From: Pavona decussata | Taxonomy: Eukaryota | NCBI GenBank assembly: GCA_977016875.1 | Contig: CDRNST010000114.1 | Location: forward strand, 310,001 to 374,000 | Direction of reading: 5' to 3' | DNA length: 64,000 nt | Shown: positions 50,370 through 63,462 of the stretch, one piece after another | How positions within the stretch are numbered: position 1 is the stretch's first letter | Layout of the letters: each line of letters opens with the position of its first letter | Translations under genes and position numbers: made by a program | Notes under the pieces: generated by a model | What the model was told of the DNA's origin: nothing | The model's database searches: none | Seen by the model: only the letters and a program-made list of their open reading frames with translations

Positions 50370-50481
50370 ACCGGAAGCGGAGTCTAATTATAGCTCATTA
50401 CACCTGCAGCGAAGCAACGGAATAAAGTGATGAGATGATTTCAACTTTTTATTCCTGAGAATGAGACTAAACAACAATACG
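50370..50481 (+). other. Candidate non-coding first exon of gene C
   Basis: ETS-like CCGGAAGC at 50371 and a strong donor ACG|GTGAGT at 50481/50482; the link to the acceptor at 53445 is inferred. Confidence 0.3.
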
Positions 50482-53455
50482 GTGAGTACTTGTCTTGTGT
50501 TTATTCGATCGATTCAAGCCGTGTAACATTGTTGGAAGTAAATGTTATTTTACGCGTTCAAGGCGTATGTAATTTTACGTGGAGTGTTATTCACACGATT
50601 TGCATTTAAGCCACGTTTACTTCACCGGTCTATCACATATGTATAAGTCATATTCAACATTTGGCTTGTAAAATATCATGGTTATAACTTGTAACTTATT
50701 CGCGTGTCCTTCTAACTTGCTCTCGTGTCTTGGGCCTTAAAATCGCTAAAGTAAGGCTGTTTTGGAAAAATTCGAAGGCTTTCACGGAACTTGATATGGT
50801 TGCGTCTATTTCTCGAGATATATTACTCGCAAAATATTAGTGAACAAGTTATATGTTCCTCTTTGAGACAAACTTTTTTTACTTCAATTTACTTCTCGTG
50901 GAGTAGATGTGTCTCACTGACAGAGCTGGTAAATTCGTTATGGAGTAATGCCTGCCACAACAAAATATTTATAGTTTAATATATTCATAGTCTGGAAATT
51001 CACAGTATTCTACTCATCATTCGTGAAAAGTTGAAAAAAAAAATTTAAGTCATCAGTTTGGAAACACGTCATTCTTTTCCCCTCTCAATTAGGAATATTA
51101 TATACATTCCGCTATAATAAAATTCCTTACATCTTTAGCCCGAATGCAAAACCGGAAAATTCACTGCATTTCCTTGAATAACCGCACGGGGCGCTTATTT
51201 CAAATTTCGTATATTTTTGACTTTTCACCATTAATACTCTGGCTTGGCGTTTGGATCAGTTATTGTCTGAGCCGTAGGAGTTTTAAATACAACTTTCTCC
51301 GTTAGCTCATACGTTTATTTTTACTGCTTTTCATTGGTAAGGGAGTTGATATGTTTATAATATTTGTTTACCAAGGTGGCGGCGCTTATTGAGGAGGCTT
51401 CTTAATCGACAATCGAGGATAGATGTGTGCGTAGTCGAGTAAATTGGAATTTCTGTATTAGAGAAATGTTTCTCCTTCAGGAAAAACAACTGTCCTCTTG
51501 ATCATGCAATTTTAGTGCTTCCGAAAAAAACAAAAGCGACTATTCCTCGACGTTTTTCTTCTTGACTTTTTCGAGGCGGATATCTTTTAACTTGCATCAT
51601 GCGTCTGCATTACTTTAAGTTTTATTTGACTTTTTACCTGCTTAAAGGAACACAGAACATTCTAAGATTGCAAAAAGTCTCCAAATTCAATGAAATTTAC
51701 TTTTCACAAAAGAAAAACTATCGAAACATCAGTTTAAAACAGCGATGGTCCAGAGAGAGATCAATATTTCATTTTAATCAGTCGCAAGCACCTCATAGCA
51801 GTTTAGTTCTTTAGTCTTTCTCTAAACAGGTTTTAAAAAGTAGCCGGTTTAAATTTCCGGTGCAAAACTGAAGTACGTGCTGAAACGCGAAACAAACACT
51901 TACCGTCAAATTAACAACCGTCTTATCTTGAGTGTGCCCCGGAGCAAGTTTAATTCGAACTTTGTATTCTTTATTCTTTCGAGGTACTCAAACGTGAACT
52001 ACGACAATTAAAATTCAGGTTTCAACCGAGTTGTCGTTGAAACGGAATATTTTACGGTTCGTTGACTTGCTAGTACATTTACTGAAATGCTCGTCAATCA
52101 TCTTTCAGAATTATCCAGGGAACTTTAATGCTCTCCTAGTAACAGTCACTCACTTGCAAAATTATCAAACATTTATCTTGTGTTTTCGCTGTTTGAGTTT
52201 TGTTTGTCCTCCGAAGCAAACGTTTGCGCTTGCGTGCGTTTACAATTACGTCACTTTTCCTGACAACGTGTCAAAAGACCTATGTCATTTTTCTTTTTTA
52301 AATAAAACCTAATTTTATGGCTTTCAAGAAATAGGTTTAATTAATGTATGTAGAGGAAAGGGTCCGATATTTTACATTCAGCCCTCCAGTTGCAATTTTC
52401 AGAGGCGGCCGGGCACAAATTACATTGGATTTACAGTTGAGAAGCAACACAAATCGTCGAAACTAGTTAGCATTATGAGGTAAAACCTGAGACGATATTT
52501 TAGACTTGAAAATGATACCGTTGCTACTTTGACCAATCAGATAAAAGAGTTTTATTTGTTCATTTCCACTCACAAAATTATGGGTCTCTCCTTCTTCCTC
52601 CCCCCCCCCCCCCCCCCCCCTTCCCGCCTAGTTAACAGTTTCCTACAAACTTAGTGAAGCATGGTAATCGACTTCCTGTGTTGAATAATTAACTTTAACT
52701 GTCCAAGGAAAGTCAACTCTTTTAAGTTTTTTAGGGTCAATGGATGCTAAAAGTGTTATCCCAGCCACTATTTCTTGTATTCAGCATTTGCTTTAATTAA
52801 GCAAGCGAAAAAGACTAAGTTATCAGACTATAACGAGTTTTTCGATGCGAGAAGGTTGTATAAATGTGACATCTCGTTTCTCATGCATGCATACGCGGAA
52901 CTTGAAACACATCAAGGTTTAATTGAAGGTTATTATCGCTCCGGATAAGCTCCTTTGATATATCGTACACCCAGCGTTTTGTGAGTATCCATCCTGAAGC
53001 TTAAGACAAGACAGAGCTTTTTTCCTCACCAATAGTTAAAAGAACCAACAAATACAAGCTTGGAGAAGTTAATTTTTTTATATAAAATTATTTTTAAAAG
53101 ATGAATGACCTCATCACCTGCCACGCATACTTAACCCTGTCAGAAATATTGCATTTGTTTATTTTTCTGCTTCTCAGAAGGCCAATGTTTGCGTCATTGC
53201 CCTGCCTGGGTAAATACGAACTGGTTGCAAAACAAGTTTTATTTGACACGTCCTTCCGCAGGAACAACGGTAAGTTTTACAAATTCTGCAGGTAACGTCC
53301 GAATATGAACGCTTTAATCGCTGTTGTTGTCGAATGTGCTTCAATCGGTGAGAGTGTTATTTACGATAGTATCACCCCGTAATGAATACTCTTGCTTCAA
53401 GCTGTTTATAAACATTGGAACTTAAGTTCAACTTGCTCTCACCAGATACTACAAG

Positions 53456-53630
53456 ATGATGCCGTGTCACGTTCATAACAGAATGACTCCATCTTTCCAG
53501 CCTCGTTGCAACTGTAGCGCGTGCTCTCCACGGTTTTGTGCCACTCCACAGAAGCCTGCTTGTTGCAGCCTTTCTTTTCCTAATGGAAACATGGAGCACG
53601 TGCTCGCCGGGCAAATAGGAAGTCGTTATT
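53456..53630 (+). CDS. Gene C coding exon 1 (MMPCHVHNRMTPSFQPRCNCSACSPRFC...GSRY)
   Basis: Acceptor ctctcaccAG at 53445; donor T|GTGAGT at 53630/53631 is phase 1, matching the phase-1 acceptor at 56101. Confidence 0.7.
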
Positions 53631-55479
53631 GTGAGTAGCATAGAGTGTTTGTTTTGCTCTTTTTACTGACTCAGGCTTAACGGAAACGCTCACTCATCAT
53701 AATAAGCTTAACCTTGTACTACCATTGAGAAGCGTTCGGTACAACGGCAGGGGAAGGCACTGATGCCTACAGTAGCTCTCATTTGAATTATCACTCTTTA
53801 AGATTTCATTCATATTTTCAAAACTTGCGACCAAACAATTTCGATTCTGTTTCACTTAGTTCAGAATTAAACATGAACTATATAGTTACCTCAGGAGCCG
53901 ATAAGGGCTCCTGGTTACCTACAACCCCGCTAAAATAAAGGCCCATAAACCTTGCTAATTCAGCAGTTTTAAGGCGTTACCGTAATGATAATTAGGTATC
54001 CCACAAATGGCGGGAAATTTTAGCTTACAACTAACCACTAACCGAGTACTTTAGCGTAAAAGTGCGGCTTTCCCGGCGACACCATTCAACATCCTTACCG
54101 CACTGAACGCAGTTTGCTTACACCTGTGAGCCAAACTTATTAGGAGCGCTGAAGGTAGGTCTTTTATTTCTGACAAATACTGTCAAAACAGACAATTGAA
54201 TGACTAAATATACATTACGCTCTGATGGCTGTCATCTCAACTTACCATACAGCCGTTGACAATGTATTATTTAAAAGCACATCAGCCAGAGTCATTTAAT
54301 AGCCTTTTAAAACTAACAACAGCTGACTCTTTTCACAAAAGTCTTTGCGCAAAACTTTGCAAATTATAAAGTCAATGTGATGCATCAGTGAGCAGCAAAA
54401 GCAATCGTCTTACAAACAAATTACATCATGTATGGCCAATAAGCTAGTGTTCAAAACTTATCGTTTGGGGTGAGGGTGGGGGGCTATAGGGATTTAGAGG
54501 GGGGGCTGGCCATATTTCCGTTAACAACTAAGGGAAGGGGCTATCGAAAATATTTTTCAAAGCCAAAGACGGACTTGAATAGGAGACGGTGTCAAGAAAC
54601 ATTCATCGCCTGAATAAATTAGTATAAAAAACACGTGTATCATCTTCCGCTTACGGTGCAGATTGTGGAAATCTTGGCAGGCCGTAACCTTCTCTCTCAT
54701 TTGTGCCCTCATTGCGCATGCTTCCACTACACGTACTGTCCTTACCCTTTCCATCAGAATAGATATTTATGTGCTACGTGATATTTAGTACCGAAGGTCG
54801 TTTTTGCTCTTTGTTTGTTGTTGTCGTTGTTGTGGAAAAGTCTGTTTTTTGTCTTTTGTTTTGTTAGTTTTTTTTTTTGGGTGATGGAGTCTCTAAAAAA
54901 ACTTGTTAGGCTTGATTTGAGGAGGCACTCCCTCCACCCTCTACCCTCCTCCTCCTCCAACTCACCCCCCCCCCCCCCTCCCCCAACACGCACGCAGACA
55001 CACACCAATAAATCATGAAGGCTGCCTATTAGAAGTCTGTGGTCATCACGAGTTAACGTTTCATGTTTTAGTCACGTGATCATGTCAGTACGTCATAATT
55101 TTATAATAAATGTGTTAACTTTGCTATTTTTTGTTTGTTTCGGGGTAAATAAATGTACAATAATTAAATAAATTGTAGCATTATTTCTTATAATGACAAT
55201 CAATTAAAATAAATTATTATGGTTAAACTCTATTCCCGTGGAGTCAAATTCTAATTCAGTACGGTGTTATGTCCTCAGTGCGCGAACTAACAGCCAGCAG
55301 TATAGAAAAGCTAATAAGCCTACTGGGAAAATCTTTTCTAAACTATTTTCTCGATTTTGTAAACTAAAACCTTTTTTTTTTTTAAGCTTTTTTATATTGG
55401 TAAGGTTATTACACTAAATAATTAATGTCAGTTTTCAAAGTGCACAATTACGTCTGGCCGCTGTGGGTATAATGTCGAT

Positions 55480-56004
55480 TAGGGACCTTGCGCGAGCACG
55501 ACAAAAACAAAATACGAAAGGTTTAGTGATAAAAAAAGGGGCTATGAAAGTGCGTTAAAATCTTAGTACATTTCAATTGTTTGCCGTGATCTGCAAAAGA
55601 ACAACGTCAAATGACCAAGGAGAACATGGGCACATGACTATAAAATTTCCTTTCTCTCTCAGAACTTGAACGCCGTTGCTACTAAAATTCGTTCACATTG
55701 TAGAAAAATAGAGGGATCTAGAATTACGTTCTAGACAAACGCCCAAACGTCAGAAATAACCACGTGACCATCTTTATCCTACACTTGCCGCTTGCTGTTT
55801 TCAGTTTCTCACTAAAATTGAGTAGTTCTGCATTAGCATCAAACGCCAGAATTAGTTTGCACTATTCTAATTTTGTACTAACTTTTTCAAAAAAAACTTA
55901 AACGCGAATCTCACGTTTACCGTTCTCACAAAGTGCAAATAACTTGAATTTATACGTAGTTCTAGACTAGACTGGCGTTGGCGTCGTGTTTGCGTAGGGT
56001 CTCT
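55480..56004. mobile_element. Degenerate MITE in the intron of gene C
   Basis: AGGGACCTTGCGCGAGCACGAC ... GTCGTGTTTGCGTAGGGTCTCT imperfect inverted termini. Confidence 0.6.
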
Positions 56005-56101
56005 TTTGCATACTTAGTTGATCTCTTTCATTTCTTGTCAAGCTTTTGAGCACCTTTCTCAAGCAGTTGAAAAATATTTGTTAATTTTGTTTTTAATCCA
56101 G

Positions 56102-57357
56102 TGCCATCTCCTTCGTCTGCAATGAGAGTGAAAAGTGCTTCAGAAGGATTTTTCCTCCGACCCTACTTGACCAGAGAAGAATACTTATACTGGAGCAGCC
56201 ATTTAAGCCATATGCCAACCTCGTGCGCATGTCCAACCTGTGCCATCCCGAGAGAAACCACAGCCACCGTGATGTACCAACACTGTAAACCTAGGCCTCC
56301 GGTCTCTGTCAGGAACACCACAGGTATACCATCTCATGGTAGGCCTAAGCCTGGTTTCACTGCGGTTCGTAACAATGGCTTTGGTGGATGCTTTTGCGGT
56401 CAAGTAGGATGTGGTCCAGCGACCTTCGTTCCCGAAACGTTACCATCCGCTGTAGCTAAAGGAAAAATGACCTCCAACTCCCCTGTTTGTCATTCAAGGA
56501 ATTTGGTTTCTAAAAGAAGCGCCAGTGGATACAGGTTCAAGAATATAGAATTCGTTAAAACACCTTCTTCTTCCGCATGGATCGTTCCGCCTGATAGACA
56601 AATGGGAAATGACAAAACCAACAGATCTCTCAAGAATAATTCAACTGCAGGTTATGGTGCCTATCCGAAGTCCACATCTGAAAGTTTAAGAAGAATTAGT
56701 GAGCTGTACCTTTGTGGAGACAAGAGCTTTGACGAAATGCCACCTGCTCATCTGTCGTCAACTATTTGTGAGGAAAAGAGCAAGAAAAGCAGATCTCCTG
56801 TCCTCTGTGATTCAACAAATGCTGGCGACCAACATTCAAAAATAGAATCAACTGCTTCTCTCCCGGTTAAACGAAAATCCACAACCGAACCAGAACTTAA
56901 CAATTCTCCGCAGAGCAAACACCAAAGACAAACTACTGATCATGGTATCCACAAAGCTCAGACACAAATCGACACCATCGATCTAAATGACAACTGGAAA
57001 AGATATCTTGGTGGTGCTCTTCCTATGAGCGGCTTCAAATCCGGAAGTAAAACTATAGGAGAAGCTCAGCCAATGGGAAAGGGCAAAGCTGACGGCATAA
57101 CTTACACTACAGCAACGACACGAGTCTTGCAAGTTGGAGAACGGACGCCGAACCATGCAAGCAAATCCCTCGAACGAGTTGATGAGCTTTTCAAGGCTGC
57201 GAAACCAATCCCGCGAAAGTTGCGAAAGGATGGTGGGACAAGTTCTGCTAGCGATGGTTACGCTTTAGACTATGATTCTCTGCCAAAAGTTGTCGACGTG
57301 CTTCCATCGAAACTGGCTACTGCTATATCATCAATCCATCACGAACTAAAACCTTAA
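56102..57357 (+). CDS. Gene C coding exon 2; spliced product ~476 aa, orphan disordered protein with CxCxxC motifs
   Basis: 1.25-kb open frame starting at the acceptor ttttgtttttaatccAG (56101); the GTG start in the ORF track is really the splice site. Confidence 0.8.
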
Positions 57358-59085
57358 ACAAGTTTTTAACAACCTCTAGTTAAACTTGTGGCTTTAGTCT
57401 TAGCTCTCATGGTCAGTAACTTGCAGAAGTGAGAAAAATTGCAAAATTATCCGCCAGTTTCGTCACCTAACCGATATTAATTCGGTAACTCGAACTTTCG
57501 TTTAATCGGATCGACCTTTATGTGGCGGAGGAAGGGGGCTGGTGGAATTTGAAAGGAGGGGCATGGGAAAGGAAAAGAAAATGGCTTCAGGGATGGCACT
57601 GTGGACGTCCCCCTGGTGTTGGAGAGCTGCTATGTCTCCAGTAGCGGAAGAGTAAAAATCTGGTCCGACCAAATTCTATATCAGTCCCCCTCCCTCCATG
57701 TAGCCATTCAGTTTTCTTCCAAGAAGGGCTTTCAACTGTAAGGTCAAGAATTCCGATTGGCTTATCTCACCCATATTAATTTATATAATAGCCACTTGTT
57801 ATAAGTGGTTAGCTTTGCTTACACTTAAAAAAAATGCACGGACGTTTCCAATTTATTATTTAATTGCAATCCTTTGTGATCGTGAGCCAATGAAGGCGTT
57901 AAAATAATCAGTGATTGTATGATAATTTGGTGATTGATAAACCAGTTAATGAACTTTATTAACTTCAAATCGTTTCCTGGTCCACGGATAGCAGTTGCTT
58001 ACCTAGGCGAGCCAGTCATGCATTAATTTGAGAAAAAAATCTACCGTACAAAAAAGATGGCGACTCGTACACTTACCCATAATTCTTAGGCTACGAAAAC
58101 CCTAAAAACGTTCATAAAAATCTAGCTTACACACTGTTGTTAGTACAGAGGCGAATTTCGCAACAAAAAAAAAAAGAAGAAAAAAAGATGCCCCGGGCTT
58201 TCTACGTGCCTATTGGCTGTGTCAGGTTGGCAGGGTATTGTAGTACAACTGATTTACAGCCGTCGATTTTTTTCGTACGGTGTATTGTTGAAAGTATAAG
58301 AAAAAGAAATGTAAGGCGGAATTAAGGAGAGGAAACGTCAGAATAACAAGTAGTTGTAATAAGTAGTTTAGAAAGCAAATTAGTTTCTGATATATTCGTT
58401 TCAATATATAAAGTCGTTACAAGAGACTGTATTATTTATGTGAAACGGTCGATCACTTAGTTTATATATATATACTACTACTAGGTCGAGTGCGCTCGCA
58501 CAGTTAGTTTATAGCATAAGGAAAATATCCTGTTATCAAGACAGTCTAAATATGAATTCGTGGAAAATTGTGATTTATAATTCTTTTTACTAAATTGGCA
58601 ATATTCATTAAAACATGTTTTTAAATCTACTCGTTTCAGACAATTTTACTGAAGACTGGCAACAGCGAAGCCTACAATCGGTGTCAAAAGTCTTTGGTAC
58701 ACACAACATCCCCTATTACCCCTCTACTACTCTATTAAGCCCGCCTCTCAACTTAACCCCCTACCCTCCCAATTTCTTTTAGAGGAAGAAATAGTTAAGT
58801 TGCCCCCTCTCCTTAAGCCAGTAATCGTCATCAAAGACTTCTAACACTGTTTTAAGATCATTTTCGGCATGTGCAGTTTGTATGTAACCGAGTCTTTATT
58901 AATGACGCAAACACATTGAAGCGCAGCATTAAAGCCTGCAGAGCTTCTTGTTATTTCTTGAAATGTGCATTCAGCTCCATGAATTCTCGATTTGATGCTA
59001 GGTGTTAATTAATTCCAAGTTAAAAGACTTTCCTTTTTCCTTTTAAGTTTAAGTGTATGTTAAGGGTATAAAAACGATAATGGAA

Positions 59086-59132
59086 CAATCTCGTTCCCAG
59101 GGTCTCTCCTCTTCACCTTGAGAACGAGATTG
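59086..59132. mobile_element. 47-bp palindromic micro-element
   Basis: CAATCTCGTTC ... GAACGAGATTG with ATAATGGA at 59077-59084 and 59133-59140. Confidence 0.7.
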
Positions 59133-59298
59133 ATAATGGAGTTTCGTGAGAATTGTTTACTTCGGAGAGGTCGGAGGTTAAAAAATTGTGACTTTGTTTG
59201 TATGTGGTTGTCACTGTTTTTCTTGGGTTTTGCCTTATGGGGTGTTTTAACATGCAGCTATGGCTATGACGTTGCATTTCAATGGAAGATGTGTCCAA

Positions 59299-59370
59299 TC
59301 CCATATGGTCTAGTGGTTAGGATCCGGCGCTCTCACCGCCGTGGCCCGGGTTCGATTCCCGGTGTGGGAA
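59299..59370 (+). tRNA. tRNA-Glu-CTC: tRNA-Glu(CTC)
   Basis: 72-nt cloverleaf, anticodon arm CGGCG-CT CTC AC-CGCCG, intact A and B boxes, oligo-T terminator at ~59376. Confidence 0.93.
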
Positions 59371-60036
59371 CGACATTTTTTTTTCCAATGATGTTGTGTT
59401 GTGTTTGATTTAATTGTTGGATTTCTTGGTATTACTTGGTGGCTTGTGCTTCAATTTCTGGATGAATGTCCAATTGAATGGTACAAGGAGAAACCTTCAA
59501 CACTCAGCTTACCTGGTGTGTGGTTTGGAAGCTGGGTGATGAGATTTTCTGGGTGAAAATTGGCCTTGGCACTGGCTGGGTAGTCTGAAATCTAGTTTTC
59601 CTCGCTTATTTTCCTATTATTATGTACAGTCGACGACCAAAGTTGGTCACAGGAACCACAAAAAAACAAAAACTAAGGTATGTTTACGTTTACTGTGAAC
59701 TTAAATACTAATATTCCACGCAAAATTTCACCATTAACATGAACCCTTTGGCATTGCCATACAATCCCGCGGCCTTGTATATTTTCTCAAAATACGTCAG
59801 TCACATTACACTCATAGTTTGTGGAGGCTGCTCTGCTTCCCATATTATGGTTTACATTTATGTAGGCTAACAAACGTTCAAAAACCTTCAGCAAACAAGA
59901 CTAAAGGAATCAAAAAGTCTGCTTGAATGTCTTCAAGCATTCCTTAGTCTTCCTGACTTCGGCTTAAACGATGTTTGGGAAGCTCTTCGCCGCGCTGGCG
60001 CGTTGTTCGACTCAAATCTTTCGATTTATCAACCTG

Positions 60037-60153
60037 GGCTGAGTTGCTCGAAGCATGGTTAGCGCTAACCATTGGTTAAGAGGTATTAAAACCAATAGGT
60101 TGTCATGGCATTTAACCCGGGTTAGCGCTAACCATGCTTCGAGCAACTGGGCC
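60037..60153. mobile_element. Short MITE with CWG flanks
   Basis: AGTTGCTCGAAGCATGGTTAGCGCTAACC is perfectly inverted at both ends. Confidence 0.85.
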
Positions 60154-61419
60154 CAGAACGAAGGACAAAATAGTAGTAGTAAACCTTTATTTAACTAGGG
60201 TAATCCCGTCAGAATACAAAAAGTATATTTGTTATCAATAGGAGCCCTACATTAAAACTAATTTAAAAAATACAAAATAAATAATAGGACAACTAAGTAA
60301 CTATAAATTAATAAATATAGTATAATAAAAAAAGGAATTCTTATTTACTAATATAATTATTATACACAACTGACCCATTATAATTAAAACTTTTCTTGGC
60401 GGTCTCAGTTTTTACTGCAGGTAAGTATATAAAAATTGCTTCTTGTTGTTTCTCTTGAAATAACTTCCTTTGAACTTAAAGTAATTCTTTAAGAACCGTG
60501 TGGTACATTGTTATTTAAACACCTCTTCACTAAACCAAAAATATGAGCGTTGCGGCGATCTTCCAAACTCTGACATTTAAGATAGTCGATGGATGTTGTA
60601 CTACATTTGGATTTAACTACACTTGAATTCTTGAATTCTACCGCTTGAATTCTTAATTCGAAATTCTTTAGATAATTCGAACTTCTCGCACTCCCATGTT
60701 CGACAGGATATCATTTCATACGTTGCAAACAACCAAAACGAAGGCTTGCCTCGAAGAATTCGACGGTTAAATATCACACATTAAAGTAAAAAATGGCGGC
60801 AAACTTTTCAATTTCAAAGAAAACCGCTGACCGACATCAATACTACAACTGCTAGCACCAGTCCCAAACGGTTAGACCATTGCATTAAGTTGCACGAGTC
60901 TCGGAACTTCCTTTCTTTCCTAATCCGTTTTCTAGACAAGAGGCGAGCCTCCATGAAAAGTTGTTGATTTATTGAACACAGTTCCAACTGAACGGTTCAG
61001 TTTGAAAGCAACGAACTGCACGACATACTTTGGGCAAAAAAGGAACAACACAAAGCCGGAAGAGTGTATAAACACTATCGCCCGACGGGGCCTAATTCAG
61101 AATTACTTAGTTCACAGTCTCTGGTTTAGTACAATGTCTGAAATGTGTGGACCGTAAAATGTCCCGACTGTGCTTTTGCTCGAAAAGAAAAAGTTTCGAT
61201 CATTATTTTGTATTATTGTCCAAAAGTTGTCATCTTAAAATTTTTGTGTGTGAATCACACCCTAGCTTTTTGTAGTTTTTGACGAACCTAAAATTACAAT
61301 GGAAAAGTGAGAATCTCAAACAATTTTCTTCCATAATAAAGATTTGCTACAAACCTCATATTTAGTTGTTTAACTTCCCTCAACGTTTTCTTTTCTTTCA
61401 TTTAGTATATTAGCTATTT

Positions 61420-61451
<32 letters not shown>

Positions 61452-61645
61452 TTCATTATATAATGATCTATCTTTTGGCTTCTTTTCCTCTATTAAATGT
61501 ATGTGTAATGTTGTAAGCACTGTAAATATTATAAGTAAAGCGAGATATTGTAAGATATTGTAAGTATTGTAACTTTGTAAGTACTATAAGTAGTGCGTAG
61601 TACTGTAAATATTGTATTGTGTGTCTTAGGCTAATGAAAATCAAA

Positions 61646-61696
<51 letters not shown>
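61646..61696. repeat. (AAT)n microsatellite, probably a retroelement tail
   Basis: Direct reading. Confidence 0.9.
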
Positions 61697-62022
61697 TGAG
61701 GGTAATCTTTAATGAGGATTCCAGCATCACAAAAGTGGTTTACAGAAGGGTCCTAAAAATCCAAGCACTGAATCCAAATACGCGCGATAAAACAATCAGT
61801 CTCGTTTCAAAGAAAAATGGACATCATAGTGCAGTTCTCGGCATATGTTACATCGACATACATTAGCTCTACCGATAAGGTGACTTCGACGGCTCAATTA
61901 AGACCGTTTGAGGTCTTTTGTTTTGCAAGTTACGAACCGAACCGAAGGCGAGGTCCATAAACTTGCAAATAAAAGAACGAGACCAATATTTTTCCAATGC
62001 GGACCGAACAAGCTCTAGTTCA

Positions 62023-62197
62023 ATAGGCCATTTTCGAGTTGCCCTGAACCTCATTGTAAAAGCAAGGCTAAGTGCAAAGTTTTTATAATGAAAATAAGTT
62101 TTCATTCATATGCAAACAAAACTAATTTTCACATGAAAAGTTTTGCACTTAGCCTTGCTTTCATAATGAGGTTCACAGTAATTGGGGAATGGCCTAT
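62023..62197. mobile_element. MITE (ATAGGCCATT TIR) nested in an older interspersed repeat (~61900-62525)
   Basis: TGAACCTCATT.T.AAAGCAAGGCTAAGTGCAAA is mirrored in the right half. Confidence 0.85.
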
Positions 62198-62889
62198 AAG
62201 GTTTTTTTATTATATAGACTTTCCCCTTGTTGCTTTCTAGTCCGCGCGAAATTTGTTTATTTTCAAGCAGTGCAAGATAAAATTGCATGGAAGTGAAACG
62301 ACCCCTAAAACTCCTACTTGACGGTTTGAACTGTTTCTACTTCATAAATTTAATTAAAAACATTTTTGCCTTGTTTTTGTCAAAATTGAAACACTTTACA
62401 GACTCCTTTCAAACGTACGATCTATTGCAAACGGTCCATCTTAGCGGTCCGTATAGAAAAATTCGGACTGCTAAGGGAGCCAATGAGAATGCTTCTCGTA
62501 GACCGGCTCAGCTATATAATAAAGTTTCTTATCCGAGATTTCGCTTACCTTCTGGATATATCGCCACGAAAAGCTCAAACAAATAATGACTTTTTATGCA
62601 GAAAAGCGACGTTTAATCAGCGTTGAAACAATAAGTCACCCTCGACAGGCATTAGCGTAGCCTATGGATTATTTTAACAATCAAATAGACTTACGTTTTT
62701 GTTTTCAAATGGAACTGGAAACTTTATGGATAACATATGGTATAATTAGATTGAAAGAGTTTTCCAAATGACTGAATTAGTATACTGATCAATGGCTCTA
62801 AAAACTTTCCCTACGAAAGTTTGGTATGGCTAATTTTTCAGAACGATTGAATCTTACAAAGAGCGGATAAGTGCGAACAATAACCCATT

Positions 62890-63145
62890 AGTTCCAGTAT
62901 GGTGCTTAGTGGCCTGGTCTTTGAGTGGAAGCGAGGCTGGAGTTGACTCTGTTTAATCTCGTACCCAGATCTCAGTCGGTTCGGGGATGTCCCTTCCGCC
63001 TGACCGTGGGAGATCTGGGTACGAGATTAGACTCTGTTTTGATACAAACCTCGCTGATTTTCATTCGAAAACCGTTTCGTTCTTATGCTGAGTAGTTTTC
63101 ATTTACATTTGAATAGCACTGAGGTTTGTATCAAAACAACGTCAA
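62890..63145. mobile_element. MITE related to 4210-4440, carrying a 76-bp palindromic insert (62954-63029) with a perfect 9-bp TSD
   Basis: Insert TAATCTCGTACCCAGATCTC...GAGATCTGGGTACGAGATTA is flanked by GACTCTGTT at 62945-62953 and 63030-63038. Confidence 0.85.
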
Positions 63146-63462
63146 CTCCAGCCTCGCTTCAACTCAAAGGCCAGGTCATTAAGCACAACTGGGAAATTGA
63201 ACCATTGCAAGTTAGTGTTTTGGTGCGATAATATAATTAAACAACTTTAATTAATTAATTTTGCTTTATTAAAAAGTTTTTATGTGAAATAATTACAAGC
63301 AATGATGCTGTCCACAGTGAGATAAGTGCATACTATTAGAAATCCTCCTGAAAATCCGGTGCTGATTTAAAAAGAAAACGTCTGCTAAAAGAATTAAACG
63401 AATCATGGTGGAAAAAATAAAGTCTAGTAAATGACAAAACTAAAAAGAAAATTATAACCAAG

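Noticed and set aside
53262-53269. Possible 8-nt microexon (ccgcAG|GAACAACG|GTAAGT) upstream of gene C
   Set aside because: Splice-like signals alone are insufficient without transcript data.
58648-58675. CTGAAGA-containing hammerhead-like remnant
   Set aside because: Stem II is incomplete and the GAAA core is missing.
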